A stretch of 64,000 nucleotides of DNA from Hormiphora californensis (lineage: Eukaryota > Animalia > Ctenophora), in assembly GCA_020137815.1 (NCBI GenBank), contig CM035362.1, forward strand, positions 5,084,001 through 5,148,000, given 5' to 3'. The notes below the pieces were generated by a model. The model was given only the letters and a program-made list of their open reading frames with translations. It had not been told where the DNA came from and ran no database searches. Both the position numbers and the translations under genes were made by a program. Below, piece by piece: positions 39,382-58,854 of the stretch. The stretch's first letter is position 1; every line of letters begins with the position of its first letter.

Positions 39382-42300
39382 ATGCCCACCCGTAAAAGGA
39401 AGCAGTCTAGTTCCAGTAGTTCCAGTTCTTCAAGTAGTTCTTCAGAAAGTAGTGATGCCTCTCCACCAAGAAGTAAGAGTTTTTACTTTTTACTTTATTT
39501 TTACTTTATTTTTACTGCTTTTTTACTTTATTTTAAATTTATTTTTACTACGGTGGCAGATTCCGGCCAAGTGTTTTTTCAATCAAGTGAAATATTTTTG
39601 TTTGAAATTTTATAAAAATTTTATTTCAAAATGAAAATAAACATGTCGTTAAAATTATTGGCCGGAATCTGCCACGCGGGTGGCAGATTCCGGCCAAGAT
39701 TCTCAAAAAAACCTTGGCCAGAATCTGCCACACACGTGGCAGATTCTGGCCAACCAACTAAAACATGTTTATATCAAAGCGAAAACCACTGTACCCGACT
39801 AATTTTGATACGCTGAATCACGTAAGATACTTTTCCAATCCCTCAGAGGTCAGGAAAGTGTCATAATTGACCATAATTGGGTCTAATTGACCCCACTTAC
39901 AACTTTTCACCTTAAAACGATAGACGCTTATGTGAAGGCACTTTTCCGACTAATTTTGATACGCTGAATCACGTAAGCAACTTTTCCAAGTCCTCCGAGG
40001 TCGGGAAAGTGCCTTAATCGGGTATAATTGGGTCTAATTAGCCTTAATTGCTCAATTAGGGCACTTTGCCGATCTCTGAGGACTTGGAAAAGTTGCTTAC
40101 GTGATTCAGCGTATCAAAATTAGTCGGAAAAGTGCCTTCACATAAGCGTCTATCGTTTTAAGGTGAAAAGTTGTAAGTGGGGTCAATTAACGGGTGACAA
40201 CTAAAAATTGTCCCTAATTCAAAACGGCTGTATAATTTTTTCTTTTGAGATACCTAGCTTCGGGCTAGTGATAAAACGATTTTTCAGACAATTTTGAATC
40301 GGAATAACATACCGGCAAAGTCTAAAAATTTCATTTTCATTGCGATATCGCATCATTTCCTCTTGTCCCTCCAAAACATGTAGTACGGAGATTTGAAATT
40401 TCTATGTTATCAGAAACGACCTTCCCGATGAGATAGAATTCTCAAAATTGGAAGTCTAGTCGTTCATGCCATAACCAACATAACTGCCAAGTTTGAAAAT
40501 TTCAGCTCATTAGGAAGTTGGTTTTCCGCGTCATTAATGTTTCAAGAGATTGTCGAAATGGCGATTTCTCAAATTACCTGTAAACACCGCTTTGTTACAG
40601 AAGATTCTAATCAGGAAATTGAGATTAACGGAGTTTGAAACAAAGTTAATTTCGTTCAAAATTGTCTGAAAAATCATTCTGTCGCTATCCCGAAGCTGTA
40701 TCTCAAACAGAACAGGCGCTAGAGGTGCTAGAAGATTGTGTAGATTTCACGTACTTCATGCTTTGGTGGGGCAAGAGGAAATGATGCGATATCGCAATGA
40801 AAATGAACTTTTTAGTCTTCGCCGTTATGTTACTCCGATTTAAAATTGTCTGAAAAATCGTTCTATCGCTGGGCCGAAGCTGTATCTCAAAAGGGAAAAA
40901 TTCTACAGCCGTTTTAAATTAGGGACAATTTTTAGTTGTCACCCGTTAGACCCAATTATGGTCAATTATGACACTTTCCTGACCTCTGAGGGATTGGAAA
41001 AGTATCTTACGTGATTCAGCGTATCAAAATTAGTCGGGTACAGTGGTTTTCGCTTTGATATAAACATGTTTTAGTTGGTTGGCCAGAATCTGCCACGTGT
41101 GTGGCAGATTCTGGCCAAGGTTTTTTGAGAATCTTGGCCGGAATCTGCCACCCGCGTGGCAGATTCCGGCCAATAATTTTAACGGCATGTTTATTTTCAT
41201 TTTGAAATAAAATTTTTATAAAATTTCAAACAAAAATATTTCACTTGATTGAAAAAACACTTGGCCGGAATCTGCCACCGTATTTTTACTGCTTTTTTAC
41301 TTTATTTTTACTTTTTTACTGATTTTCTCTTTTTCTCTTTTCTCCACCACGACATGAGTCGTTTCGTTTTTTTTCTCATTATTTTGACTGCTTTTATTTT
41401 CTCCTTACATAGCTCGACGAACATTACAATTTCTCCAATGTTTTAGCGGGATCGTACAACAATATATAATATTCAGTATAAGCGATTGTAAAACCATATA
41501 TATCTTGCAGGATCTCAACAGCAACAGCAGCCACCCCAAAGGAGACAGAAAAGGGACAGTAGGTCCCCGCCACCTAGGAGAAACAATAATCGCCGCTCAT
41601 CTCCTCCACCCTCCTCATCACACAATCGGTCAGGGGACAGTGCGAATAGAAGCCAGTCTCACAGTAAGTTGGTATTTAATTTTATTAACTAATTAGTTAA
41701 TTTCTCGGTCTTATTGTAAGACTAAGAAACTCATCCCGGATTCCAGACGGTAGATCCCTTACGTATTCTGGAGGTCTGTTATTATTATGTTCTAACCCTC
41801 CTTTTTTTAATTGAGACAAGGTCGAATAATTATTCAAGTCTCTCGATGAATAAGTTTCATGTTTTATCGCAGTCTCCTCCTTCCAGAAACGCCCACCAAG
41901 TTTCTGGGTAGCGACAGGGCTGGATTAGAGGACTATCTGGCGGAGAGAAAGAGAAGGAACGGAGATAGGGAACAGGAGACAAAGGACCGTGAAAAAGACG
42001 ATAAAAAGAGGAAGGACAAGAAGGAGAAAGAGAGGAAGATGAAAGGAGACAAGGATGGAGAAAAGAAGGTAATTCTCAGGAACCGACCGACACAAGTAAA
42101 CAACCAATCAGAACTCGTTATTTAGGTCACGTGACTGGTTATCAGTCAATCGGGGACCAGTATTCCCTGATTCGGTCGGTTCCTGGTAATTCTCAAGCGA
42201 TGTTTTTACCACACACAGACAGTCAAATACTGGTCCCTGATTGGCTAATAACCTGGTCACGTGACCTAAATAACGAGTTCTGATTGGTTGTTTACTTGTG

Positions 42301-45203
42301 TCGGTCGGTTCCTACAATCTGTCAAATCACACCGTCCCGAAACTCGCTTAGATCTTAAACTGGAGTCAGTCTCAGTCACTCTCACATTTGAGGAAAAAAT
42401 ATTTTGCGTGTTGTTTATTGTACTTAATTCATTCACAGTGTGAATTTCACACATCTCCATCTTATGATCTTGATTCTTGCAACATTTTACGGTGTTTGAA
42501 TCACCAGTTTCACATACGCCCCCCCCCCCCCCCCCCGCGATAGCCTTATTTCGTGGACACAGAAATCCTTGATTTCCCCATGCTAGCCATGCTCCAAACA
42601 GATGATTCACCAATATTTACTAACGAAGCAATAATCACCCTCAACCCCGCTCACATGCACGTAAGTTTTGGTGACGTCATATTATTCTGGTGACGTCAGA
42701 TATTACTCTCGAGGCATCCGTCCGTCAAGTTAAATCCGAAAACGTTGCCTGATCCAGCAATTCAAAACACTGTCAGGGCCGTTATTTTCTCCAGCTCAAT
42801 ATCTTGGTATCCAAGACACCTCACACTCTTCGTTTGGCGTGCTTCGTGCGCCGGCAAGGGAGGGGTAACTTCGTTACCAACTCAACATCAAGACACTATC
42901 AGAGGGAAAATGTTTACTACATTGTACATTATGGGTTCATCCAGGAACGAACTAAAACTTGTGGTGTTTTATTCCAATCGTTTTCCAAACACACATTGAT
43001 TCCATTTTGGGCTTCGAATCCATTCCATACGATCACAGACGCTATGCCAATTACCAGGTTTTCGACACCATTACCATGTACCAACAGAGACCCCTTATTA
43101 TCCCCAGCCCTAATTATAACTTCACCCCTTATCAGGAAGTGGGTGCCCCCAACTTCGAGCGATCAGGGAAACTGACAGAGGAACGAAACACCTACAAGGG
43201 TGTTGTGATCAAATACACTGAGCCAGCCGAGGCTAGGATCCCCAAGACAAAATGGAGGTTGTATCCGTTCAAGGGCGATGAAGCTCTTCAAACGATGTAT
43301 ATTCATCGGAACAGGTACCTATATGACGTCACAATTACGTCACAATGACACTCATCTCTCATGTAATTTCTCTCTTGAGTTGGACATGACAAGATTGTGT
43401 CGGAGAGCGGCGGTAGTTTTCTTGTTTGTATGTCAGGTAGCGCGCGGTAAGAAAGTTGAGATAAAACTACTTTTTCAGCAGTGCAACAACTGCACATTTT
43501 GACGCGCACCGTGGAATTGTAGCTTCTATTGTACGGAAATCGTTAAAAGCTGACAATGTCACGTGATCGTTTTATGAATGTTTGTGATTGACCAAATTAC
43601 TATTGGTTGCCTTGCTCGACCCTGAGTGGGTTAGAACACAACAAACTACTAGTGGACGGCCTTGCTACGGCGGAGTGGTGAACATGCTGGGCCCCTAATA
43701 AGCGTGTTCAGTTCGGCCTCTACTTCTTTCGGGCAGGTCATCCTCCAGACGCAGCAATCACAAACGGAGTACAAACCAAATTACCCCGAAATATTGTTAG
43801 AACCTAGAAATCGTTATGAGCAAAAAAAGTGGGGAAACAGAATTTTACGGGAATTGTATAAGATTGGCTTGCCCCTAATGATTTCTAGGTTCTACTCTCA
43901 AATCCATTTCAGTGGTTATCTTATTGGACGAGAGCGAAAGATTGTTGACATTCCAGCGGACCATCCCTCCTGTTCCTCTCAACATGCTGTCGTCCAGTTC
44001 AGGTGAGAGGAGTAGAGACCCCGGAGGGGTGAGGGGGTACTGTGGTAACCTGGGGGTGAGGGGGGGGGGGTACTGTGGTAACCTGGGGGGAGGGGAGTAG
44101 AGTGATAGTTTGGGGAGGTGAGAGGGGTACTGTGGTAACCTGAGGAGGGGAGGGGAGTAAAGTGATAACCTGAGGGGGTGAGGGGGAGTAGAGTGATAAC
44201 ATGGGGAGTTAAGAGGGGAGTACAGTGATAGCCTGGGGAGGTGAGGGGGAGTAGAGTGATAACCTGGGAGTGGGGAGGGGGTGCAGTGATAACCTGGAGA
44301 GGGGTATGAGAGGGGGAGTAGAGTGATAACCTGGGAGTGGGGGGTACAGTGATAACCTGGGGAGGGGGTGAGGGGTCAGGGGGTACAGTGATAACCTGGA
44401 GGGGTAGAGTGATAACCTGGGGAGGTGAGGGTGGGAGGGGAGGGGAGTAAAGTGATAACCTGGGGGTGAGGGGAGTACACTGTACAGTGATAACCTGGAG
44501 AGGGGGTGAGAGGGTAGAGTGATAACCTGGGGAGGTAAGGGAATACTGCAGTGATGGTCCCAGCATGGGGGGTTATTAAAAATCAGTTAGATATATTATA
44601 TCAGTCCGTCATATTTGCCGTCCATATAGCATTGTCTCTTGGTATACCGTGCCTTTCGGTGTATCTGCAGCATTATAAAAAAAGTAACCAGGATGGAACC
44701 GACCGAATCAGGAAATACTGGTCCCTAATTGGCTGATAACCAGTCACGTGACCTAAATAACGAGTTCTGATTGGTTGTTTACTTGTTTCGGTCGGTTCCT
44801 GATATATAAACCAACCCAAACTCCACGCAGATTGGTGGAACACACCCGGGTGGATGGGTCACAGACAAAGAAGGTTAAACCTTACATGATGGACTTGGAG
44901 TCAACAAATGGGTCCTTTCTTAACAACGTCAAAATCGAACCAAGAAGGTAATTTAGCAGGAACCGACCGAATCAGGATTCAGGAAATACTGGTCCCTGAT
45001 TGGCTGATAACCAGTCAGTAGTCACGTGACCTAAATAACGAGTTATGATTGGTTGTTTACTTGTCTCAGCTGTTATTCTAACTACCATTCTCTCCAGGTA
45101 TTACGAACTAAAGGAGCGTGATATTATCAAGTTTGGGTTCAGTTCACGGGAGTATGTTCTACTACACGAGAGGAGCGAGGGAGTTAGGGACGGGGAGAGT
45201 TGA
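39382..45203 (+). CDS. SNIP1: SNIP1/Pml1 FHA-domain RES-complex protein (exons 39382-39472, 41511-41663, 41887-42068, 43136-43314, 43913-44002, 44831-44947, 45098-45203)
   Basis: RS/charged N-terminus, then PNFERSGKLTEERNTYKGVVIKYTEPAEARIPKTKWRLYPFK, YLIGRERKIVDIPADHPSCSSQHAVVQFR, VKPYMMDLESTNGSFLN, YYELKERDIIKFGFSSREYVLLHE. GT-AG junctions with consistent phases. Confidence 0.93.
39551..41280. mobile_element. Palindromic Tc1/mariner-like element (TIR CGGTGGCAGATTCCGGCC, TA TSD) in SNIP1 intron 1
   Basis: Near-perfect long inverted arms with TA on both sides. Confidence 0.88.
40190..40946. mobile_element. Nested foldback element (TIR ACGGGTGACAACTAAAAATTGTCCCT, TA TSD)
   Basis: It interrupts the right arm of the host. 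Removal restores ggtcaattagacccaatt. Confidence 0.85.
44020..44545 (+). repeat. G-rich minisatellite (AGTGATAACCTGGGG.. units) in a SNIP1 intron
   Basis: About 17 degenerate units of about 30 nt. Confidence 0.85.
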
Positions 45204-45224
45204 TTCCCCAGATTTGAGGGTTAA

Positions 45225-45333
45225 CAGGAACCGACCGAATCAGGAAATACTGGTCCCTAATTGGCTGATAACCAGTCACGTGACCTAAATAACGAGTTCT
45301 GATTGGTTGTCTACTTGTGTCGGTCGGTTCCTG
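45225..45333. mobile_element. ~108-bp hAT-type MITE (TIR CAGGAACCGACC, 8-bp TSD); representative of at least 12 copies
   Basis: TSD AGGGTTAA here, GTAATTCT at 42077-42185, CATAACAA at 50668-50776, CCGCAGCT at 55316-56236. Other copies near 1637, 42225, 44694, 44957, 47158, 50339, 50960 and 58296, plus split halves at 1049 and 23286. Confidence 0.9.
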
Positions 45334-46330
45334 AGGGTTAACGATTGAATGAGGGGACTAAAATAATAAACAGTTTATCTATATTCTAGAGGGGGGTGGA
45401 CTGACCCCATCTGATATAGTTTTTTAAATATTAACAGGGCAAGAAGAGTTGGACTGACGGTTGTATTTTCTATCTTTATGATTAGGAATTGTCGTTTATC
45501 GATTATCAGTGCACCAGCCACCAACATGTTACAGCTGAAATTTTATCTCCATACAGTCGGACCCCGATTTACCGGTTTACTCGGGGGGGGGGGGGGGCGG
45601 TTTGGGTTGCCCGGTAAATCGGGGTCCGACTGTAGTTATAAATGGAAGTCCTCCTTCCCTGACCCTGCCCTGGGAAGAAGGGTCTTGTGAGACGTGATGT
45701 GTTGCTAGTATATATTTGTTAAAGTTGTATTAGCTTATAATGTTCAAGAACGTGACAACTTTCCTTCCAATTTCCACCTAGAACTTCCCCTCCCTACTTA
45801 TATTTTCTTTCTCAGAGCGGTGTCGTGCAGGAATGGGAGTTTTAAGGCTGTTTATTTTAATCAATTACAACATACTGAATCAACTTGTTTGCATTTTGGA
45901 AAAAGTATTTAACTGAAATAATCAGTAAATGATATACAGTTGGATCCCGATTTACCGGAATCCCGATTTACCGGGAGGATAAACTTTCCCCGGTAAAGTA
46001 TTTGACGGTCAAATACTTTTAATTGACGCCAATATAACGGACATCCCGATTTTCCGGACAAAACCCTTTCCCCCGAGCATCCCGGTAAATCGGGGTCCGA
46101 CTGTACCACCTCATCATTATTTTGTGGTTCCCTAGTATGTATATCCCATTACATCTCTCTAGCATGAGCAATGTACTTCTCCAAGCTGATGCTGTCAAAG
46201 CATTGACCCGACAAAGCAGATGTAGTGATGTATCGTACGTATGCAGCAGCAGTGGACCACAATCTACGCAAATCTGCACATGGTCCGAGGTAACAACTGA
46301 TTGAGAAATCATATCCACTTTTCTTTTCAA

Positions 46331-46396
46331 CTAGCGCACCCATTGGGTGCGCCTCAAGTAAGGGTTTTTTGATAACCCACCCGGCTTCGCCGGGCG
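46331..46396 (-). mobile_element. Helitron-like 3' terminus
   Basis: Minus strand has hairpins CCCGGCGAAGCCGGG and GCGCACCCAATGGGTGCGC running into CTAG|T. The 5' end was not located. Confidence 0.4.
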
Positions 46397-47339
46397 GTTC
46401 TTTTCGCCCCTTTCAACGTCAATAACACGGTTGCCATAGCAACTGAATTGGTAACTATGGGGACTGGCATTCGAAAATATTAATAAACTTCCAATGGAAG
46501 TAACTATGGGGACTGGCATTCGAAAATATTAATAAACTTCCAATGGAAGTTCCAAAAGTGTGAATGATAGCTTTACAGCTTTGGTCACATAACATGTTTT
46601 ATGAAGGAGCAGCCTGTCGCTTAGATACCGCCTAACGAACGACCACTTCGACGTTCATCTCCAACTTATAATAGAGATCCTTTGATCCACATTCCAGCTT
46701 TCAGAGCATAGGCTTGACCCTATTCCTCAATCCTCTCGCGCGCGAGAACAGAAGTCAGAGCATTCCTGTGTAAAGCGACCAACCTCACAAACCCCAATCA
46801 TTTGCAGATATTAAAAAGAATGAAATGAATATCCTCCCCTGCAATGAGCACGGATAGATAAAGCTGCCTTCTCAGATGATGTATGTGATCCGAATGAGAC
46901 ATTGAAAGATGCGTCATTATTTCTTGCTCACAAATAAGGTACTTTGTTCTGCAGTTACTTAGTTTTCCAATTCTCACTCTCAGTTCTCGAATGACCAACA
47001 TATAATATATTACGTTCGTCACTGGATTTAGTTTTTTTTCTTGTGGTTATTTCGTTGGATTTTGCTCTTGATGCTTTTTGTCCAACAAATGATGTATCGC
47101 TTGACTATTCTTGATTTGAGTCTCATAATGGATAACAGTTTTAAAATGTTTCCTACTCAGGAACTGACCGAATCAGGAAATACTGGTCCCTGATTGGCTG
47201 ATAACCAGTCACGTGACCTAAATACCGAGTTCTGTTTGGTTGTTTACTTGTTTAGGTCGGTTCCTGATAACAGTTAATGGGTTGATTGGAGCGAGTCTAA
47301 CTTGTCCAAGGGGGGAGACACACTGAAGTTGGTCGCGCG

Positions 47340-48689
47340 GGGGGGGGGGGGGCCGCGTGAATTTAATATCCATGTCCTAAATAAACACGTCCGACTTTAA
47401 TGTCCCTGGGACATTAAAGGACATTAAAGGACATTAAAAGACATTAAAGGACACTTAATTAAAACATGAATTTTCAGCTATTATTAAACTAAAATGGTAT
47501 TTTCAGCCACTTAATATTTACTCCTAATGTCCCCTCTATCGATTCCAACCAATACCATGGATGTTGGGGGTGATTACGCCTCATTTTAGGGTGGCCCGGT
47601 ACCTCTAAGCGAACCCCGGAAATTTTGAAGTTTTGGACTAAATGTCAAGGTTTTAGAGTGAAAATAGCCTCGATTTTGATGAAACTCAGTCAGAATGGTC
47701 TTTGGTGTCTAATTAGAAGTCAAAAAATTTTTAAGGGCTAAAATCCTAAATTTAGGTTTTCCTAGGTTTTTTAGGTTTTTTGTGGCTTTTATGGGTTTTA
47801 GGAAAGTCCTAGAACAAAATAAACAGAACCATCTTTCTCGGCGTGAAATTCTGCATCGATTATAGTGGCTACAAACCTTTCTATGACGTAAGGTAAAAAC
47901 CTTACCACATGAAGCATACCCGTTTGGTTAAAACATGTGGTAAGGTTTTTTAGGTTTTATTCGTTACACAGACATCGCAGATCAAAATGGTTTTCACTAA
48001 AATTATTTCCTCATCAATACACGTCGATTGAGTACCTATAACATGGTGTTCTGACAAGAGGTTCGCCCGTTAGCCTAAAACATGTACCCGCCCCTATAAG
48101 ATGTACCCGTTTGGGATTTTTTGGGATAACTTCTTAACCTTACGCCATAGAAAGGTTTGTAGCCACTATAATCGATGCAAAATTTCACGCCGAGAAAGAT
48201 GGTTTTATTCATTTTGTTCTAGGACGTTCCTGAAACCCATAAACGCCAAAAAACCTAAAAAACCTAAATATCGTATATTTTGGGTTTGACCACTAAAACT
48301 TTTTTGACTTCTAATTAGACACCAAACACTATTCTGACAAAATCGGGGATGTTCTCTACTCGTTTCATAAGATGATTTTGAGATATCGTCTAGCCTAGAA
48401 TTATGCACATGTAAAAGAGGTACCGCACCCACGGTCCACGCAAAAGCAAGCCTAATCACCACTGAAAACTAATGAACATTAATTGGAATCGAAAGATGGG
48501 ACCTTTAGTAGTACATTGGTGGTAGAAATGTTTGGTAACACATTTTGAAATGGTTAAAATTTCTTGTCCTTTAATGTCCTTTAATGTCCTTTAATGTCTT
48601 TTAATGTCCCAAATTACCCCGGACAATTTAATGTCCCAAAAATCGAGGGACATTAAAGGACATTTTAATACGCGGGCCCCCCCCCCCCC
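47340..48689. mobile_element. Element with poly-G/poly-C termini and 8-bp TSD GTCGCGCG
   Basis: Subterminal GACATTAAAG repeats are inverted at the two ends. Inserted in a palindromic element spanning ~47310-49116. Confidence 0.8.
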
Positions 48690-49302
48690 GTCGCGCGCGT
48701 TCAACTCTCAACCTCGCGACACACACTGAAGTTCGAAGTTCGAAGTTTCGCGGAAAAGTTCAAAGTTTCGCGAAAACCCATTTTCGGCTGAGAAATTATT
48801 TGTAAGATGCTAATTTATTTACTGGTACATCTATCGAGGTGCCTTTTATCAATACCGGGTCAATTTCACCGTTTTTAAAATTTTTGGTGAATTGGGACAA
48901 CTGTGACCGGATTAGCCAAAAATTCAAAAACGGTGAAATTGACTCAGTATGGATAAAGGACATCTCGAGAGATGTACCAGTAAATAAGTTAGCCTCTTAC
49001 AAATGATTTCTCAGCCGAAAATGGGGTTTCGCGAAACTTCGAACTTCGAACTTCAGTGTGTGTCGCGAGGTTGAGATTTGAACGAGCGCGCCCAACTTCA
49101 GTGTGTCTCGCCCCCAATCAACACATGTACTGCTTTTTTGTCATTATATATGGGGAGTGGGTGCTGCCAGAGCATTGGCCTGACCCTATTCTCATTTCTT
49201 TCACAAAGGAGCGCGAGAATTGCAGTGGTCAGAACATTAGCAGCCCCTGTATGGCGGCGCCCATACCCCAATTTGATTCTGAGCGCGCGACAGTGTGGGG
49301 GC

Positions 49303-49346
49303 GGTTTCAACACTTTTCAACACTACTTTAAACAAATTAATTTGAG
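49303..49346 (+). other. Genomic copy of a ctenophore-type spliced-leader exon
   Basis: GTTTCAACACTTTTCAACACTACTTTAAACAAATTAATTTGAG matches my recollection of the ctenophore SL. No GT donor follows it. Confidence 0.8.
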
Positions 49347-49381
49347 CTGAAGAAGGGGCACAACCCCGAAACGTTCCCAAA
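49341..49381 (+). ncRNA. Minimal type I hammerhead ribozyme motif
   Basis: UUUGAG-CUGAAGA-A-GGGG cacaa CCCC-GAAAC-GU-U-CCCAAA: both core boxes, a 4-bp stem II, a palindromic ACGU stem III, and stem I with 5 of 6 pairs. Confidence 0.65.
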
Positions 49382-50253
49382 CCACCATGTTTTGACTTCG
49401 TATCATATGACCTCCCACCCCCGGACGTGTCACCCCACACAGACTTAAATATTTGTCAACATTTTTGTTGTTGTAGACGATGTAGTAGACAATGGGCTCC
49501 TTTCCATGCGTGACCTGCTGCAGTCGGTAAACTGTTAAACATTTTCCAGATTTATCAACAATTTTGTTGTTATATAACAATATACCTACGCCACAATATT
49601 ATATAACAATATACGTCACAATATAACAATATATATATACCTGCTCGGTGACCCACGGTTTTTCCTCATTCCATGCTTCTCCGATGACTGTCTAGGGGGT
49701 CAATACTAAATAAGTTTTTAACCTTTAGTGAAATCAAATATACAACAATATATTTTAAAAAAAAAATTAATCGAGAATCAAATATAGTTAAAAAAGAAAA
49801 ACAAAATTTGTGCGGGTTCCCTTTAGGAGGAGAAATTGACAATATATGGAAATCTATAATTATATAGATTCCCCATTTGTCAATTTCTCGCTAAGGGACA
49901 ACCTACAATGGTACCCGGGTTATTTGGATTAACGGAATGATTTGAAATATGTTATCATAGGTTTTAACTTTAAACTCTCCACTCTACATCTCAACTGTGA
50001 CTTCCTCCCCCTCTCTGTTTAGGGTATGTCTCATCCTCTATCTATCGAAACTCCTCACTCATCTAACCACTACCTCTAACCCCAGCCCACCTTCCCACCC
50101 CCACCTTTCCCCCTCTATCTGTCCTGATTCTCCGTCTCAACGCGACCAAATCGTCACTAGATCGTCACTAGATCGTCACGACTTGTGTACCAATTGCTAT
50201 TTGTTGACAAGTGTCATCAGTTTGTTAAGTAACTCGATAATCTTCTTCTGCAG

Positions 50254-57804
<7,551 letters not shown>

Positions 57805-58854
57805 ACCTCCTTCATTTCTCCTGAATAAAGGAGTGATACCGAATAGAAGGGATATGTACTGACATGCAGCAGGCAGCTGGTCGACCCAGAGATATGTAGA
57901 GATAGTGTGGTTTATTTGTTATCATGGTAACCATGGTAACCATGACATGGTTGCTATGCGAGAGGGTTGACATGATCTGTATTGGCTCAATATATGTGAT
58001 ATTGAGTTGTGGACACTGAAACTGCGGACAATATTATGTGCAGAGTGTGAAGTTATAATTATTTCATTTTAACCAAATTGAATTGTATAATAATGCAATC
58101 TCTTTCCCTCCAAAAGTTCAATCTTGCTCAATCTTGTTCTACACGTCTTATTCCTTTCAATTCTTATTTTTCTCTCTCCTTCTCCGTCTCGGTATGAGGA
58201 AAAGGGATTGTACAATCAAACTTAAGTTAAAACCCCTTATATGTACGTGTTTTTACTCTTCTTAAAATAAATTTGAGGGCGACTCAGATAGATATCAGGA
58301 ATCGATCGAAACAAGTAAACAACCAATCAGAACTTGTTATTTAGGTCACGTGACTGGTTATCAGCCAATCAGGGACCAGTATTTCCTGATTCGGTCGGTT
58401 CCTGATAGATATGTAATACTGAGCATTAGCCTGACAGGAGGTTAAAGAAAACGTCGTGTGCGTGCTCCCGACGTCCCGTTCTTCAAAACACACATAATTT
58501 TGAATAATATGAGCATGACAGTCAGCCGCCATCCAGGTCAGCTTCCCCTGCCACTCTGTATGGCGGCGCCATACCCCATTTGATTCTCAAACAGTGCGCT
58601 CAGATGGGTCGCGGCGCCAGACAGCTCCCACTCAAACTGTCTGGCGGTACAAGACCCCTATTTGACAGATGGTGTCCGTGGCGCCAGGCCCAGACAGCAC
58701 TATTTTAGTATTTTTAATTTTTGACCCCGATTTACCGGGCAAAATCCGCGAAAAGGGAGCGGGGCCCGCCTGTATAACAGCAGTCGGCGCCGGACCCCGT
58801 AGTAGAGGCAATAATTACACTCACCTCCTCTGATTTCTATGAAACTTCTCCCAT

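Noticed and set aside
43345-43530. Minus-strand SYNSTVRVKMCSCCTAEK resembling the C-terminal CxxC-EK motif of Penelope GIY-YIG endonucleases
   Set aside because: Short, with a stop just upstream and no GIY/YIG or RT motifs nearby; it cannot be distinguished from chance without a search.
43400-43640. Telomerase RNA (CTAACCC on the minus strand, pseudoknot-like stems), RNase P/MRP or SRP RNA
   Set aside because: The template would be only 7 nt and on the opposite strand to the G-U-supported hairpins. Conserved boxes (P6.1, CR-I/CR-V pairing, SRP helix 8) are not convincingly present.
49303-49470. Canonical SL RNA gene
   Set aside because: No GT donor after the leader; the Sm-like ATTTTTG near 49460 is weak and distant.
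58250-58277. AAATAAATTTGAG resembling an SL 3' end
   Set aside because: Only about 12 AT-rich nucleotides match; the upstream part differs and no donor follows.
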